NCBI GenBank assembly: GCA_964036045.1
Contig: OZ038378.1
Location: forward strand, 60,698,001 to 60,762,000
DNA from: Eutreptiella sp. 'Long Island Sound 2002'
Taxonomy: Eukaryota; Protista; Euglenida
Length of the DNA stretch: 64,000 bases
Reading direction: 5' to 3'
The translations under genes were made by a program, and so were the position numbers. Positions 60,089 through 64,000 of this stretch are shown here, in pieces. The notes below the pieces were generated by a model, which was not told the DNA's origin, ran no database searches, and worked only from the letters and a program-made list of their open reading frames with translations. Each line of letters begins with the position of its first letter. Positions within the stretch are counted from its first letter, which is position 1.

Positions 60089-63000
60089 TTATTTGGGGGG
60101 TCTAGACCCCCCAAATAATTGACGCATGGGCATGCATCAATTATTTTGGGGGTCTACACCCCCCAGATAACTGACGCATGGGCATGCGTCGAATACTTGA
60201 CGGACATGCATCCGTCAAATATTTTGGGGGTGTAGACATCCCAAATATTTGACGGATGTATGTCCGTCAAACATTTAGGGGGTCTACACCCCCAAAATAT
60301 TTGACGGATGTATGATATTTGACGGAACCCCTTCCGTGAAATATTTTGGGGCTGTACACCCCCCAAATATTTGACGGAACGCCATCCGTCAAATATTTGG
60401 GGGCTGTACACCCCCCAAATATTTGACGGAACCCCTTCCGTGAAATATTTTGGGGCTGTACACCCCCCAAATATTTGACAGAATGCCATCCGTCAAATAT
60501 TTGGGGGCTGTACGACCCCCAAATATTTGACGGAACCCCTTCCGTGAAATATTTTGGGGCTGTACACCCCCCAAATATTTGACGGAACCCCTTCCGTGAA
60601 GTATTTTGGGGCTGTACACCCCCCAAATATTTGACGGAACCCCTTCCGTCAAATATTTGGGGGCTGTACACCCCCCAAATATTTGACGGAACCCCTTCCG
60701 TGAAATATTTTGGGGCTGTACACCCCCCAAATATTTGACGGAACCCCTTCCGTGAAATATTTTGGGGCTGTACACCCCCCAAATATTTGACGGAACCCCT
60801 TCCGTCAAATATTTGGGGGCTGTACACCCCCCAAATATTTGACGGAACGCCATCCGTCAAATATTTGGGGGCTGTACACCCCCCAAATATTTGACGGAAC
60901 GCCATCCGTCAAATATTTGGGGGCTGTACACCCCCCAAATATTTGACGGAACCCCATCCGTCAAATATTTGGGGGCTGTACACCCCCCAAATATTTGACG
61001 GAACCCCTTCCGTGAAATATTTTGGGGCTGTACACCCCCCAAATATTTGACGGAACCCCTTCCGTGAAATATTTTGGGGTCTGTACACCCCCCAAATATT
61101 TGACGGAACCCCATCCGTCAAATATTTGGGGGCTGTACACCCCCCAAATATTTGACGGAACGCCATCCGTCAAATATTTGGGGGCTGTACACCCACCAAA
61201 TATTTGACGGAACCCCTTCCGTCAAATATTTGGGGGCTGTACACCCCCCAAATATTTGACGGAACCCCTTCCGTGAAATATTTTGGGGCTGTACACCCCC
61301 CAAATATTTGACGGAACGCCATCCGTCAAATATTTTGGGGCTGTACACCCCCCAAATATTTGACGGAACGCCATCCGTCAAATATTTGGGGGCTGTACAC
61401 CCCCCAAATATTTGACGGAACCCCTTCCGTGAAATATTTTGGGGCTGTACACCCCCCAAATGTTTGACGGAAGGGGTTCTGTCAAATATTTGGGGGCTGT
61501 ACACCCCCCAAATATTTGACGGAACCCCTTCCGTCAAATATTTGGGGGCTGTACACCCCCCAAATATTTGACAGAACGCCATCCGTCAAATACTTGGGGG
61601 CTGTACACCCCCCAAATATTTGACGGAACCCCTTCCGTGAAATATTTTGGGGCTGTACACCCCCCAAATATTTGACGGAACCCCTTCCGTGAAATATTTT
61701 GGGGCTGTACACCCCCCAAATATTTGACGGAACCCCTTCCGTCAAATATTTGGGGGCTGTAGACCCTCCAAATATTTGACGGAACGCCATCCGTCAAATA
61801 TTTGGGGGCTGTACACCCACCAAATATTTGACGGAACCCCTTCCGTGAAATATTTTGGGGCTGTACACCCCCCAAATATTTGACGGAACCCCTTCCGTGA
61901 AGTATTTTGGGGCTGTACACCCCCCAAATATTTGACGGAACCCCTTCCGTCAAATATTTGGGGGCTGTACACCCCCCAAATATTTGACGGAACCCCTTCC
62001 GTGAAATATTTTGGGGCTGTACACCCCCCAAATATTTGACGGAACCCCTTCCGTGAAATAATTTTGGGGCTGTACACCCCGCAAATATTTGACGGAACCC
62101 CTTCCGTCAAATATTTGGGGGCTGTACACCCCCCAAATATTTGACGGAACGCCATCCGTCAAATATTTGGGGGCTGTACACCCCCCAAATATTTGACGGA
62201 ACGCCATCCGTCAAATATTTGGGGGCTGTACACCCCCCAAATATTTGACGGAACCCCTTCCGTCAAATATTTTGGGGCTGTACACCCCCCAAATATTTGA
62301 CGGAACCCCTTCCGTGAAATATTTTGGGGGCTGTACACCCCCCAAATATTTGACGGAACCCCTTCCGTCAAATATTTGGGGGCTGTACACCCCCCAAATA
62401 TTTGACGGAACGCCATCCGTCAAATATTTGGGGGCTGTACACCCACCAAATATTTGACGGAACCCCTTCCGTCAAATATTTGGGGGCTGTACATCCCCCA
62501 AATATTTGACGGAACGCCATCCGTCAAATATTTGGGGGCTGTACACCCCCCAAATATTTGACGGAACCCCTTCCGTGAAATATTTTGGGGCTGTACACCC
62601 CCCAAATATTTGACGGAACGCCATCCGTCAAATATTTTGGGGCTTTACACCCCCCAAATATTTGACGGAACGCCATCCGTCAAATATTTGGGGGCTGTAC
62701 ACCCCCCAAATATTTGACGGAACCCCTTCCGTGAAATATTTTGGGGCTGTACACTTCCCAAATATTTGACGGAAGGGGTTCCGTCAAATATTTGGGGGCT
62801 GTACACCCCCCAAATATTTGACGGAACGCCATCCGTCAAATATTTGGGGGCTATAGACCCGCCAAATATTTGACGGAACCTCTTCCGTCAAATATTTGGG
62901 GGCTGTACACCCCCCAAATATTTGACGGAACGCCATCCGTCAAATATTTGGGGACTGTACACCCCCCAAATATTTGACGGAACCCCTTCCGTGAAATATT

Positions 63001-64000
63001 TTGGGGCTGTACACCCCCCCAATATTTGACGGAACGCCATACGTCAAATATTTGGGGGCTGTACACCCCCCAAATATTTGACGGAACCCCTTCCGTGAAA
63101 TATTTTGGGGCTGTACACCCCCCAAATATTTGACGGAACCCCTTCCATGAAATAGTTTGGGGCTGTACACCCCCCAAATGTTTGACGGAACCCCTTCCGT
63201 CAAATATTTGGGGGCTGTAGACCCCCCAAATATTTGACAGAACGCCATCCGTCAAATATTTGGGGGCTGAACACCCACCAAATATTTGACCGAACCCCTT
63301 CCGTGAAATTTTTTGGGGCTGTACACCCCCCAAATATTTGACGGAACCCCTTCCGTGAAATATTTTGGGGCTCTACACCCCCCAAATATTTGACGGAACC
63401 CCTTCCGTCAAATATTTGGGGGCTGTAGACCCCCCAAATATTTGACGGAACGCCATCCGTCAAATATTTGGGGGCTGTACACCCACCAAATATTTGACGG
63501 AACGCCATCCGTCAAATATTTGGGGGCTGTACACCCCCCAAATATTTGACGGAACGCCATCCATCAAATATTTGGGGGCTGTACACCCCCCAAATATTTG
63601 ACGGAACGCCATCCGTCAAATATTTGGGGGCTGTACACCCCCCAAATATTTGACGGAACGCCATCCGTCAAATATTTGGGGGCTGTACACCCCCCAAATA
63701 TTTGACGGAACCCCTTCCTTGAAATATTTTGGGGCTGTACACCCCCCAAATATTTGACGGAACCCCATCCGTCAAATATTACGGGGCTGTACACCCCCCA
63801 AATATTTGACGGAACCCCTTCCGTGAAATGTTTTGGGGCTGTACACCCCCCAAATATTTGACGGCACCCCTTCCGTGAAATATTTTGGGGCTGTACACCC
63901 CCCAAATATTTGACGGAACCCCTTCTGTCAAATATTTGGGGGCTGGACACCCCGCAAATATTTGACGGAACGCCATCCGTCAAATATTTGGGGGCTGTAC
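60089..64000. repeat. 52-bp double-hairpin satellite (homogeneous from ~60315, about 70 units, runs off the window)
   Basis: Monomer AAATATTT-GACGGAA-CCCC-TTCCGTC-AAATATTT-GGGGG-CTGTACA-CCCCCC; variants ...CCGTG-AAATATTT-TGGGG and GACGGA-ACGCCA-TCCGTC. Confidence 0.98.

Noticed and set aside
60154-63983. Repetitive ORFs (GFRQIFGGCTAPKY...)
   Set aside because: Translation artefacts of a stop-poor 52-bp tandem repeat (3 monomers = 52 codons).
60315-64000. CRISPR-like repeat/spacer look of the 52-bp array (and of the 83-bp array)
   Set aside because: The variable parts are a few recurring variants, not unique spacers; there are no cas genes and the context is eukaryotic.

Overview
Eukaryotic, repeat-saturated window with no intact host gene and no CRISPR array. 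The host is unknown; a large-genome protist, possibly a euglenid, is only an inference from a CAG...CTG hairpin MITE and L1Tc-like retroelement features. (1) 1-21196: several decayed, rearranged copies of one GC-rich APE-type non-LTR retrotransposon embedded in a ~190-bp satellite. Reconstructed architecture: 52-nt HDV-like ribozyme at the exact 5' end; ~800-codon ORF1; TAATG stop/start overlap; ORF2 leader (signal-peptide-like N-terminus, duplicated Gly/Pro region, Trp-rich domain); 2A-like GDIEPHPGP motif; APE endonuclease; RT (YADD); CCHC finger; long C-terminal extension with a second Cys/His cluster; no poly(A). Two insertions start at the same satellite phase and a 21-bp TSD-like duplication is present. 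(2) 21.7-25.2 kb: piggyBac-like transposase pseudogene with GTTAC-rich repeats. (3) 26-53 kb: old accessory DNA, including a MITE pair, a tRNA-derived SINE, a Tudor-like mini-ORF, a decayed L1/Tx1-like LINE, an unassigned transposase-like pseudogene, a ~47-bp satellite with a near-identical 470-bp direct repeat, and a 1.2-kb foldback. (4) 53.5-64 kb: three satellites (~83 bp, ~24 bp, and a 52-bp monomer built from two chained hairpins that shows loop inversions and stem covariation). All assignments are by eye, without database searches; literature sequences are recalled from memory and need checking.
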